Origin: Chthoniobacterales bacterium
Lineage (GTDB): Bacteria > Verrucomicrobiota > Verrucomicrobiia > Chthoniobacterales > JAFAMB01
DNA: 64,000 nt
Direction of reading: 5' to 3'
Assembly: GCA_035601575.1 (NCBI GenBank)
Contig: DATNNZ010000051.1
Location: forward strand, 2,148 to 66,147
The first letter of the stretch is position 1. The number at the start of each line of letters is the position of its first letter. The position numbers and the translations under genes are program-made. Positions 45,159 to 54,091 of the stretch are shown one piece after another. The notes beneath the pieces are model-generated. The model was not told the DNA's origin and did not search any database. It saw nothing but the letters and a program-made list of their open reading frames with translations.

Positions 45159-45877
45159 CGGCCATGGAACAGGCGCTCAGCTAATTTCGAGGGGAGGCCG
45201 GCATTCACGATCTTCGCTTTGGTTGAGGCAATATCGTAACGTACCCGCCGTAATCGCACTCTATTTTTGTCGTAGTCAAAGATGGCGTAAGCCGCTCGCC
45301 AATCTCCGTCTCGCGGCTGTCCGACGCTGCCGACATTAATAAAATATTTTCTTTGTGGCTCGATGACCACCTGTTCCAAAGGAAGGCCAACGACGGACCC
45401 GTCGCGAATGTAGAGGCGCGGTGCATGGGTATGGCCAAAGAAGCACACCTGCGCCTTCTGCTTTGAAAAACTCGCGGCGGCATCGAGTTGATTGAGCACG
45501 TAGCCCCATTCGCCTGGTCCATCGAGAGTGGCGTGCACAATGGTGAAAGACTCCACCTCATTGACCAACGGCAAATCGCGCAAAAACGTTTTGTCCTCTT
45601 CGCTAAGTCGGTCTCGCGTCCAGCGGATTGCCGACTCGGCTAAGGGATTGAAGTTGTCCAACGAATTCAGCGTGGATGCGTAGTCGTCATGATTGCCCTT
45701 CACGATTGGGCACTTCAGTTCTCGCACTTTGTCCAGGCAGGCTTTTGGGTCGGCGTTGTAACCTACAATATCACCGAGACAAATGTTTCGATCGCAACCC
45801 TCCTTTTCTGCATCCGCGAGCACGGCCTCAAATGCCTCGAGGTTAGCGTGAATATCACCGAAGATCGCAAACCGCAT
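45155..45877 (-). CDS. metallophosphoesterase family protein
   Basis: FGDIHAN, LGDIVGYN, GNHD and GHTH motifs. Confidence 0.85.
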   Translation of the reverse strand: MRFAIFGDIHANLEAFEAVLADAEKEGCDRNICLGDIVGYNADPKACLDKVRELKCPIVKGNHDDYASTLNSLDNFNPLAESAIRWTRDRLSEEDKTFLRDLPLVNEVESFTIVHATLDGPGEWGYVLNQLDAAASFSKQKAQVCFFGHTHAPRLYIRDGSVVGLPLEQVVIEPQRKYFINVGSVGQPRDGDWRAAYAIFDYDKNRVRLRRVRYDIASTKAKIVNAGLPSKLAERLFHGR

Positions 45878-45913
45878 TTCCCACTGAATATGAGACCGAA
45901 TTTTCAGGCCGTC

Positions 45914-46012
45914 TAGAAATTTGCGAATTTATGGATACGTCGCCACCCTCCGAGACGTCATGCTCAACGGCCACGAACGGTGGCCACACGGCCGTAAATT
46001 CGCAAATTTCTA
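45914..46012. repeat. 18-bp perfect inverted repeat (45914-45931 / 45995-46012) with an internal GGCCAC hairpin
   Basis: tagaaatttgcgaattta and its exact reverse complement taaattcgcaaatttcta. The inner sequence ggccac-gaacg-gtggcc is at 45970-45986. Confidence 0.9.
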
Positions 46013-46291
46013 TCTCCGGATGGCGAATCCGCGAAGCGATTCAGTCGGATCGATGTTTTGGACTGAGTGACGGTGAATATGGGACCGAAGGTAGCTTTGA
46101 AAGATTGCTTCGAGAAACTGTTCGACTTCTTCCGGGGTTCCTTGGACCTCGAGCTGGACCTTGCCGTCCGGTAAGTTTGCTACCCACCCGGCGACATCAA
46201 ATCCCTGAGCGATCTCCTTAACCGAGAAGCGAAAACCAACTCCTTGGACGCGACCCTCGAAGAACACGCGTTTCGCGCTAAGTGGTTTCAT
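46010..46291 (-). CDS. acyP: acylphosphatase
   Basis: VFFEGRVQGVGFRF and G.V.N..DG.V motifs. The track ORF extends to 46330 through the heptamer repeat, so I prefer the MKPLSAKR start. Confidence 0.85.
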   Translation of the reverse strand: MKPLSAKRVFFEGRVQGVGFRFSVKEIAQGFDVAGWVANLPDGKVQLEVQGTPEEVEQFLEAIFQSYLRSHIHRHSVQNIDPTESLRGFAIRR

Positions 46292-46302
46292 CCCTGACGG
46301 AA

Positions 46303-46360
46303 TAGCCAAATGCCGATCGCCGATAGCCAAAGTTTGCTATCGGCTATTTGCTATTGGCCA
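46303..46360. repeat. palindromic array of eight TAGCCRA-type heptamers (4 forward, 4 inverted)
   Basis: tagccaa/atgccga/tcgccga/tagccaa, then ag, then tttgcta/tcggcta/tttgcta/ttggcca. The core is a gccgatagc..gctatcggc 9-bp stem. Confidence 0.8.
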
Positions 46361-46366
46361 TGACGC

Positions 46367-46744
46367 TCAGCGCCCCCACTCCAGCGCTCCCTTCTTGATG
46401 GCATAGACAAATCCGACCATCAAGATGGCGACGAAGCCAACCATGCTCCCCAAGATTGGAAGAGCTCCATACTTCACAATGAAATCCCGGTAGACGACCG
46501 CCCACGGATACATGAAAACGATCTCGATATCGAAGAGGATAAAGAGCATCGCCACGAGATAGAATTTGACGCTAAATCGCGGTTGCGCTTCTCCCTTCGC
46601 GACCATTCCACATTCGTAGGCGGTATCTTTGACCGGATTTCGCTTACCGACCCGGCCAACGATCACACTCATCAACAGGGCCACTCCAGCGAAGCCGATC
46701 GCAACGATGACCTGGAGCAGCACCGGTAGATAGTCTTGCGTCAT
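46367..46744 (-). CDS. nuoA: NADH-quinone oxidoreductase subunit A
   Basis: Three TM segments, with YECG and FDIEIVFMYPWA motifs. Confidence 0.9.
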   Translation of the reverse strand: MTQDYLPVLLQVIVAIGFAGVALLMSVIVGRVGKRNPVKDTAYECGMVAKGEAQPRFSVKFYLVAMLFILFDIEIVFMYPWAVVYRDFIVKYGALPILGSMVGFVAILMVGFVYAIKKGALEWGR

Positions 46745-46753
46745 AGAAACGCA

Positions 46754-47074
46754 TTAAGGTTTCGATGCAATAGCCGCGGCTTGTGCCGCGTTCGCGGCCG
46801 CCATAGCCGCCAGCGCTCCTGAATCTCCCTTATAGATCTTGCCGTTCTTTTTGACGACACCACGGGCCACCAGATTCTGCAGTTTCTCATACGCTCGCAG
46901 CCGAAGCATTTCCTCGCCCCCGCTTGCAGCGTTTCTCTGACGCAAGTTTTCGTGAACAATTGCAAAGAGCTGCTTGAACTCGAAAGACTTCTTCTGAGAA
47001 AGTACTGTAACTAGTTCTTCGGTGACGAGGTCTGGCAGACGACGCGAAAAGGCGTTTTTCTTCTGAATAGCCAT
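46754..47074 (-). CDS. small hypothetical protein (possible winged-helix-like)
   Basis: I prefer the MAIQKKNAF start at 47074 because TATACT lies about 8-13 nt upstream on the minus strand. The track ORF extends to 47272. No family recognised. Confidence 0.45.
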   Translation of the reverse strand: MAIQKKNAFSRRLPDLVTEELVTVLSQKKSFEFKQLFAIVHENLRQRNAASGGEEMLRLRAYEKLQNLVARGVVKKNGKIYKGDSGALAAMAAANAAQAAAIASKP

Positions 47075-47531
47075 AGGGACGGCTAGTATAGCATAAAACA
47101 GTCCGAAAACGAGGGGGTTTCGGCCGATTTTTAGCAAATTACCCCTAAAAAAACGGTTATTTTCGGCTGGATCCTGCGATTTGGACGCTTTTTCTGCGGC
47201 GCCGCTATCCCCCGCAGATGTTTCTCCTACCAGCAGAATTTTCGTCGGGCGAGGGTCCCTGATCAAGCGCATACCCTATTCGCAGCCATTAAATGTGTGT
47301 TCGTGGTTCGCTAGGGACCATCGATCCACTACTCGGCCGAAGTTTCGTCCCACCAAATTCCGGGGCTGATACGCTCTCCCAGCGTTGGAATGCGCGAGAA
47401 TCGGTTGCTCCAAAAGCGGTTGGTTAGCGCAAGCGGAGACGGGTTTTACCGGCTGCGGAACGAATGCGGCGAAAAGAGGCAAGCAAAAACGCGCGAAATT
47501 ACTCGAATTTAATTGACCTGCATGGCGCCGA

Positions 47532-47566
47532 GTGGGTAGAAGTGGGGCATTGTGGTTTGAAATGGT
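47532..47566 (+). promoter_or_regulatory. putative MraZ operator: GTGGG-type boxes at 10-bp periodicity
   Basis: GTGGG at 47532, GTGGG at 47542, GTGGT at 47552 and ATGGT at 47562, about 20-55 nt upstream of the mraZ ATG. A possible -35 TTGACC sits at 47513. Confidence 0.55.
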
Positions 47567-47587
47567 TTTCTTGACCATGATTTTCCC

Positions 47588-48043
47588 ATGGAAACACCTC
47601 AACAAGGTTTGCCAATTTTTGCCGGCGAGTTCCGGCACGCGATGGACGCGAAAAATCGCGTTACCATCCCGGCACGCTGGCGCCGCGGTGAGGTGGACGA
47701 GTTCTTTGCCATACCTGACCTGGAAAACGGATTTTTGATGATGATGCCTCCTGAGGTCATGCAGGAGGTGGCGGTGCGCGTTGAAGGCGACTCCAGGCTG
47801 AATGCGCAGGAAAAGCGGGGTTTTATTCGCCAATTTTATTCCCGCGCTCAGCATCTGACGACAGATAAGCAAGGTCGTCTTGTCCTACCAGACGAGCATT
47901 GTCGCCAACTCAAACTCAGGCAGGAGGTGGTCCTCGTCGGAGGACATTCACGTTTTGAGGTGTGGAATCCAGATACTTGGAAAAAGACGTTGGACGAAGA
48001 GACGCCGACGTTCCAACACGTGCTTGGGATGCTGGGGGTGTAG
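47588..48043 (+). CDS. mraZ: division/cell wall cluster transcriptional regulator MraZ
   Basis: Two SpoVT/AbrB-like halves, with DAKNRVTIPARWR and DKQGRLVLPDEH. Confidence 0.93.
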   Translation: METPQQGLPIFAGEFRHAMDAKNRVTIPARWRRGEVDEFFAIPDLENGFLMMMPPEVMQEVAVRVEGDSRLNAQEKRGFIRQFYSRAQHLTTDKQGRLVLPDEHCRQLKLRQEVVLVGGHSRFEVWNPDTWKKTLDEETPTFQHVLGMLGV

Positions 48044-48097
48044 CAGATCCAAACTAAACAACTAACAAATTCTTTAACCAGGAGAGCAAGAGAGGAA

Positions 48098-49063
48098 GTG
48101 ATGATCGCCTTGCCGAACGACGCGGAAACAGACAACGAAACCAGAGGGTATCACCTACCGGTGCTATTAAGGGAGGTCTCGGACTATTTACGCCCGGGGC
48201 CCGGGGAGATTTTCTTGGATTGTACGATCGGCGGTGGTGGTCACGCGCGAGCCTTTCTGGAAGCGGGAGCAGAAGTCATTGGAGTAGATCAGGATCCGGA
48301 TGCGATTGCGGAGAGTATGGCGTCGCTGGCGGACTTCGCATCCCGGCTGACGCTGATTCGATGCAATTTCGTGGATATTACTCGCTCTCTCCAAGAGATG
48401 GGCGTGTCCGGTTTCGATGGAGTTCTGATCGATCTTGGGATTTCGTCTCACCAACTCGACACGCCGCAACGCGGGTTCAGTTTTCAACATTCTGGCCCAC
48501 TGGATATGAGAATGGGCCCGAACATACCGCGGAGAGCGTCCGATCTGGTAAATTACGCACCGGAAGCCGAGTTGGTCCGAATTTTTCGAGACTACGGGGA
48601 AGAACCTGCGGCTCGGAGAGTTGCAGCGGAGATCGTGCGAACCCGAGTTTCTCGTCCTTTCTCCACTACGGTGGAACTCGCGCGCGCCATCGAATCGGTT
48701 TTACCAAGGAGAGGGCCGCGACATCCGGCAACCCGCGTTTTTCAAGCCCTCCGGATCGCAGTGAACGATGAGCTTGGAACGATCGAGCGTGCGCTGCCTT
48801 TACTAGCCGACTACGTCAAGCCGGGTGGCCGGTTTGCGGTGATCACTTTTCAATCTTTGGAAGATCGATTGGTGAAACAGTTTTTTCGAAAAGTAACCCA
48901 GGAGTGGGTAGACCGCCCGGAGTGGCCCGAACCGCGACGCAATCCGAGTTTTGGATTTAGACCACTCACCTCACGCCCGGTTGAACCGAGCGAAGTTGAA
49001 CTTGCCGCCAATCCGCGATCCAGAAGCGCCAAACTAAGAGTAATCGAACGGAACCTGCTATGA
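48098..49063 (+). CDS. rsmH: 16S rRNA (cytosine1402-N4)-methyltransferase
   Basis: HLPVLL, DCTIGGGGHA, GVDQDP, DLGISSHQLD, and FQSLEDR motifs. Confidence 0.94.
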   Translation: MMIALPNDAETDNETRGYHLPVLLREVSDYLRPGPGEIFLDCTIGGGGHARAFLEAGAEVIGVDQDPDAIAESMASLADFASRLTLIRCNFVDITRSLQEMGVSGFDGVLIDLGISSHQLDTPQRGFSFQHSGPLDMRMGPNIPRRASDLVNYAPEAELVRIFRDYGEEPAARRVAAEIVRTRVSRPFSTTVELARAIESVLPRRGPRHPATRVFQALRIAVNDELGTIERALPLLADYVKPGGRFAVITFQSLEDRLVKQFFRKVTQEWVDRPEWPEPRRNPSFGFRPLTSRPVEPSEVELAANPRSRSAKLRVIERNLL

Positions 49064-49425
49064 ACCGCATCCAGAAAAAGACTACTTATTCGATCCGGGC
49101 CTCATCTATCTGTAAGGTGATTGTCGCGATGACATTTGCTGCGGTTGCTGGTCTCTCTTATGTCTATCTGAAGAATCAGTTAACCGAATTTGGTCACGAG
49201 CAGATCGTGTTGGAAAAAGAGCTCGCCGATCTTCAGCGTGACAATCAAATCATCGAATCGACTTTGGGCTCTCTGAGTTCTCGGCGTGAACTCATGAAGA
49301 GCTTGGCGAAAGATTCTCGGGGATTGATCCCGATTACTACCGATCAGGTTGTTCGCCTTAACCAAGGACACGGCCCGGTTGGAAATGAATTGAGAATTGT
49401 TTCCAACCGTGCCGGCAACCAATGA
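49060..49425 (+). CDS. ftsL: FtsL-like bitopic division protein
   Basis: Single TM segment plus a coiled coil, positioned between rsmH and ftsI with ATGA overlaps on both sides. Confidence 0.65.
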   Translation: MNRIQKKTTYSIRASSICKVIVAMTFAAVAGLSYVYLKNQLTEFGHEQIVLEKELADLQRDNQIIESTLGSLSSRRELMKSLAKDSRGLIPITTDQVVRLNQGHGPVGNELRIVSNRAGNQ

Positions 49426-51212
49426 GATGGGATGCACAAACACGAGCCGTCACTGTGTGCTTTGGGTTGGTTGCGATTTTCAGCGCCTACTCTTATCGAC
49501 TGATTTATCTCCAGGTCATCAAGCATGACGATTACACGGCACTGGCGACCGAAAAACATGTCCACAAACAAATTATCCATGCCCGCAGAGGCATCATCCG
49601 GGATTGTCATCGGGAGCCGCTCGCTGACAACCTACCGGTCCGACTCGCGATTGCCGATGGCTCGCATATCCGGGACCCGGTTGCTTTGGCACAGGCAATC
49701 GCAGCTGAGTTGGAAATGGATCCGGGTGACCTTGCGGATAAGCTGACCGCGGCGAAGCAGAACAAAAAAGAGTACGTCGTCCTCAAGAAGAAGGAGGTTT
49801 CGGAAGAGACCGCCGATCGCGTCCGGAAGATCATTGGCGACAGCAAAGGCAAGCTGCGCGGTATCTACTTCGACCCCGATTTCGTGAGAGTATATCCAAA
49901 CGGACCACTCTTGGCTCAGGTGATCGGGTTCCTCGATCACGAGCATAAAGGGAAGCTCGGGATCGAAATGGCGATGCAAGAGTTTCTCCAGGGAACCGAC
50001 GGGTACCGCTACAGCGAGCAAGACCGCACCGGGCGCGAGCTTGTCCAGTACCGCGGTCACGAAAAAGCGGCCAAGAATGGGTGTGATGTTGTTCTGACCG
50101 TTGACTTGGGTTTGCAAACAATCGTTGAGCAAGAACTAGATGCGGCCTGGGCGGAGTATCAGCCAAAAATGGCGACCGCCATCATGGTTCGGCCCCAGAC
50201 CGGCGAAATTCTGGCGATTGCGAGCCGGCCGACATTCGATTGTAACAACATCGGGGAGGCGACCGACGATGCGCAGAAGAATCGCCCGATCGTTGACATG
50301 ATCGAGCCCGGCTCAACTTTCAAAATCGTCGCGACATCCGCTGCATTGGAGGAAAAGTTGGTAACCCCTGACACAACGATTTTCTGCGAGAACGGACACT
50401 TTCAATATGCGGGACGAGTGCTCCGAGACGCCCATCCGATGGGAGTTCTGACCGTTCACCAGATTCTCTCTAAGTCGAGTAACATCGGCGCGGCCAAACT
50501 GGCGCTGCAACTTGGTGAGAGCCGGTTTTATCAATACATCCGGCTCTATGGTTTTGGAGAGCGCACCGGGATTTGTCTGCCGGGGGAGATCCCGGGTCTA
50601 GTGAACCCTCCTTATCGCTGGAGCAAGCTTGACATCACCCGCATTCCGATGGGCCAGTCCGTCGCAGTTACTCCGCTGCAAATGGTGATTGCGATGTCGG
50701 TGGTCGCGAATGGTGGTAACCTGCTGAAGCCGATGATCGTTTCGCAGATTGTCGATTCTGATGGCCGCACTGTCGCCAATTATTCACCGGAGATCGCTCG
50801 CCGGGTGATTTCAACGAACACTGCGCAGAAAGTCGTGGCAGCATTAAAAGACGTTGTCAGCAAGGAAGGTACCGCTCAGGGTGCCGCGGTTCCGGGGTTT
50901 GCGGTGGCGGGAAAGACTGGCACTGCGCAGAAGATCGATCCAAAAGGGGGGTACATGGAAGGCAGATATGTGGTTTCATTCGTCGGTTTCATGCCGGCGG
51001 ATGATCCTAAGTTCACACTTCTGGTTCTGCTGGATGATCCCGTTATGAAACAAGGCAAAGCGTTTGGGGGAACCGTAGCCGGTCCGATCTTTGCCAAGAT
51101 CGCCAAAAAGGTGGCAGACTATCTCGATCTGCAGCCAACCGAGCCGACCCCTCCGCCAGATTCCGGCGCCGAAAGCAAGAAAGTTGTTTCCACGCTCCAA
51201 AGTCATGATTAA
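49422..51212 (+). CDS. ftsI: class B penicillin-binding protein (FtsI/PBP3-type transpeptidase)
   Basis: PGSTFK (SxxK), SKSSN (SxN) and KTGTA (KTG) motifs. Confidence 0.92.
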   Translation: MRWDAQTRAVTVCFGLVAIFSAYSYRLIYLQVIKHDDYTALATEKHVHKQIIHARRGIIRDCHREPLADNLPVRLAIADGSHIRDPVALAQAIAAELEMDPGDLADKLTAAKQNKKEYVVLKKKEVSEETADRVRKIIGDSKGKLRGIYFDPDFVRVYPNGPLLAQVIGFLDHEHKGKLGIEMAMQEFLQGTDGYRYSEQDRTGRELVQYRGHEKAAKNGCDVVLTVDLGLQTIVEQELDAAWAEYQPKMATAIMVRPQTGEILAIASRPTFDCNNIGEATDDAQKNRPIVDMIEPGSTFKIVATSAALEEKLVTPDTTIFCENGHFQYAGRVLRDAHPMGVLTVHQILSKSSNIGAAKLALQLGESRFYQYIRLYGFGERTGICLPGEIPGLVNPPYRWSKLDITRIPMGQSVAVTPLQMVIAMSVVANGGNLLKPMIVSQIVDSDGRTVANYSPEIARRVISTNTAQKVVAALKDVVSKEGTAQGAAVPGFAVAGKTGTAQKIDPKGGYMEGRYVVSFVGFMPADDPKFTLLVLLDDPVMKQGKAFGGTVAGPIFAKIAKKVADYLDLQPTEPTPPPDSGAESKKVVSTLQSHD

Positions 51213-52713
51213 TCGAAAGAGTATGGAATTGGAACAACTCGTTCGTGAGCTCACCGACCCGATTGTGACTGGCTCACTGGATCGGCGAATCACCTCGTTG
51301 GGTTACGACTCCCGAGACGCGGGTCCGGACAGTCTATTCGTGGCCATCCGCGGCCACGTCGTGGACGGCCACAGCTTCATTGAGCAAGCGATCGACCGCG
51401 GAGCCGTCGCGATCGTGTCCGAAGAACCTGGTTTGACCCAGCGCGTCACGCATATCCAGGTACCGGATTCACGAGACGCATTAGCTCGGTTGGCCGCTGC
51501 GTTTTATTCCAACCCCTCTAGGCAACTACGCATGATCGGGATTACCGGCACCAACGGAAAAACGACGACCACTTATCTAATCAAGCATCTGCTGGAACGG
51601 CCAGGACAACGCACCGGCTTGATCGGGACGGTTTCCTATGAGATCGGAGAGCGAGTCTTACCAGCTTCTCGGACCACCCCGGAGTCACTTGATCTGCAAT
51701 CCATTCTTGCTCAGTGCGTCGATGCTCGTTGTGCCAACGTCGTCATGGAAGTCTCTTCGCATGCGTTGCAACTCGACCGGGTTGACGGAATCAGCTTCCG
51801 AGTAGCGGTTTTTACCAATCTTACGCAAGATCACCTCGATTTTCATCGTGGGATGAAGGAGTACTTTGAAGCTAAAGCGAAGTTATTTGCCGGTCTGCGC
51901 GACAGTGACGCAAAGAGCCGAACCGCGATCATCAATGTTGATGACGCGTATGGGCAACAATTGATCGCTCGATTTGGTCGGGATGTGCCGATTATTACCT
52001 TTGGAATGGGCGCTCGAGCCGATTTTCGAGCAAGCAATTTCAAGATCGAGCCGACCGGTACTTCCTATCAGCTCGACATAAAAGGAAAGAGTTTTCTAGT
52101 AAGGCTGCCGTTAATCGGGAGGTTTAACATTTATAATTCACTGGCCGCGTTGGCCGTGATCCAAGCACTTGGGCTGGACGTTCGTGCTGCCGTCCTTGCG
52201 CTGGCCCGAGCTCCTCAAGTTCCGGGTCGCTTGGAGGCAGTACCGGCTAGACGACAATTTCAGGTCTTTGTGGATTACGCTCACACCGATGACGCGCTGC
52301 TCAATGTGATAAAGACCTGCCGTGATCTGAGCCCGAATCGATTGATTCTGGTGTTCGGCTGCGGAGGGAATCGAGACAAAAGTAAACGCCCGCTGATGGG
52401 TGCCGCTGCTGATCAAAACGCGGATTATTCGATCATCACTTCTGACAATCCCCGAAAAGAGGATCCGGCTCAGATCATACGAGATATCGAGGCCGGCTTC
52501 AGAAGTAAGCGATTCGAGACGGTACTTGACCGGCGCGAGGCAATTACCCGCGCAATTCAGCTCGCGCAGCCGAGGGACATCGTTCTGATCGCTGGCAAAG
52601 GACACGAAAAATATCAGGAGTTCGCCGACCGCACTATTCCTTTCGATGATATTGAGATAGCGACACGGGCGCTGGAAGAAAACCCGGTGGAGATGAAGAG
52701 TCATGGAACCTAA
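51205..52713 (+). CDS. murE: UDP-N-acetylmuramoyl-L-alanyl-D-glutamate--2,6-diaminopimelate ligase
   Basis: GITGTNGKTTT and the DNPR motif (SDNPRKEDP). The track ORF starts at 51091 inside ftsI; I prefer the ATG at 51205. Confidence 0.92.
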   Translation: MINRKSMELEQLVRELTDPIVTGSLDRRITSLGYDSRDAGPDSLFVAIRGHVVDGHSFIEQAIDRGAVAIVSEEPGLTQRVTHIQVPDSRDALARLAAAFYSNPSRQLRMIGITGTNGKTTTTYLIKHLLERPGQRTGLIGTVSYEIGERVLPASRTTPESLDLQSILAQCVDARCANVVMEVSSHALQLDRVDGISFRVAVFTNLTQDHLDFHRGMKEYFEAKAKLFAGLRDSDAKSRTAIINVDDAYGQQLIARFGRDVPIITFGMGARADFRASNFKIEPTGTSYQLDIKGKSFLVRLPLIGRFNIYNSLAALAVIQALGLDVRAAVLALARAPQVPGRLEAVPARRQFQVFVDYAHTDDALLNVIKTCRDLSPNRLILVFGCGGNRDKSKRPLMGAAADQNADYSIITSDNPRKEDPAQIIRDIEAGFRSKRFETVLDRREAITRAIQLAQPRDIVLIAGKGHEKYQEFADRTIPFDDIEIATRALEENPVEMKSHGT

Positions 52714-54091
52714 ATCGCTTCGCCAGATTGCGGTTGCGACCGGAGGCGTGGTCTGGGGTCCCGAGGAGACGATCGTCACCTGCGTCGGAACCGATACTCG
52801 AAACTCGACGCCGCAAGAGCTCTTCGTTGCTTTGCGCGGTGAGCGATTCGACGGGCACCAGTTCATCGCAGCGGCCCGGGAGCGGGGGGCCGCTGCCGCC
52901 TTGGTAGAAACTGTCACTTCCGAGTGGCGCAGCTTCCCTCAGATTCAAGTAACCGACAGCTTACAAGCGCTGCAACGGTTGGCCCGGGCTTATCGCGCTG
53001 AGTTATCGCTTCGAGTAGTCGGCATCACCGGCAGCAATGGAAAGACCAGCACCAAGGAAATGGTCGCTGCGGTGCTGAGCGAAAAGTATGCGGTGACAAA
53101 AACGGAGGGCAATCTCAACAATCATATTGGAGTGCCGTTGTCCATTTTAAAGGCCGACCGGAATCATCAGGTGGCGATCTGGGAATTTGGGATGAATCAC
53201 ATTGGCGAGTTGGCGCCCCTGGTTGAAATGGCGAAGCCCAGCTACGGGATAATTACGAACATCGGTGTTGCCCATATTCAGTTCCTCGGATCTCGCGAAG
53301 TGATCGCTCGAGAGAAAGCAGTACTGGCCGAAAATATTCCGTCGACCGGTGTGGTGGTGCTCAACGCGGATGATGAATTTTCCGATTGGATATCGGCGCG
53401 TTGCAGTGCTCCAACTATTAAGACTGGTATCGATCAAGGTACGATCCAAGCCCGCCAAATTGCTCATCACGTTGATGGTGAGGAATTCGTACTCGCGGAT
53501 GAGAGCGATGAAGTTGCCGTTTTTCTTCCGGTACCTGGCGAACACATGATAAAGAACGCGGTGCAGGCAGTCGCAATCGGGCGCGCTCTCGGTTTGTCAC
53601 TGGCCCAATGCGCGACTGGGCTGGCGAAGACATCGTTGCCTGGAGGTAGATTTCGGATTGAGAAATTGGGCCAAGTTTTGGTCATCAATGACGCCTATAA
53701 CGCTAACCCTGACTCTGTCATCGCTGCCCTCCGGACCGTCGCCAAGTTGCCGGTCAAAGGGAGAAGAATTGCCGCGTTGGGGTACATGGGGGAGCTGGGT
53801 GAGCAGAGTCTCTCCAGCCACGAACGCGTTGGATCGGCGGCCGCGGAAAACGGATTCGATTTTCTCATTGCCGTTGGCGAGCGAGCCAAGCCGATCGCGT
53901 CCGCTTCATTCAAAGCCGGTCTTGATCAGACTAGAACGGTAGCGACCCAGACAGAGGCGGCGGACGCACTCGCGGAATTTCTCGAGCCAGGGGACCTGCT
54001 TTTGGTGAAAGGGAGCCGAAGCGCCGCAATGGATCGAATCATCGAGCAACTTGAAGCTACCCCGAAGCAGGTTAAGTGGAGGTCGCAATGA
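52703..54091 (+). CDS. murF: UDP-N-acetylmuramoyl-tripeptide--D-alanyl-D-alanine ligase
   Basis: GITGSNGKTSTKEM, and its position after murE. Confidence 0.92.
   Translation: MEPKSLRQIAVATGGVVWGPEETIVTCVGTDTRNSTPQELFVALRGERFDGHQFIAAARERGAAAALVETVTSEWRSFPQIQVTDSLQALQRLARAYRAELSLRVVGITGSNGKTSTKEMVAAVLSEKYAVTKTEGNLNNHIGVPLSILKADRNHQVAIWEFGMNHIGELAPLVEMAKPSYGIITNIGVAHIQFLGSREVIAREKAVLAENIPSTGVVVLNADDEFSDWISARCSAPTIKTGIDQGTIQARQIAHHVDGEEFVLADESDEVAVFLPVPGEHMIKNAVQAVAIGRALGLSLAQCATGLAKTSLPGGRFRIEKLGQVLVINDAYNANPDSVIAALRTVAKLPVKGRRIAALGYMGELGEQSLSSHERVGSAAAENGFDFLIAVGERAKPIASASFKAGLDQTRTVATQTEAADALAEFLEPGDLLLVKGSRSAAMDRIIEQLEATPKQVKWRSQ

Noticed and set aside
47276-47872. 198-aa minus-strand ORF spanning the mraZ promoter and the 5' half of mraZ.
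   Set aside because: It is antisense to a well-supported mraZ and has an odd composition, so it is likely spurious.
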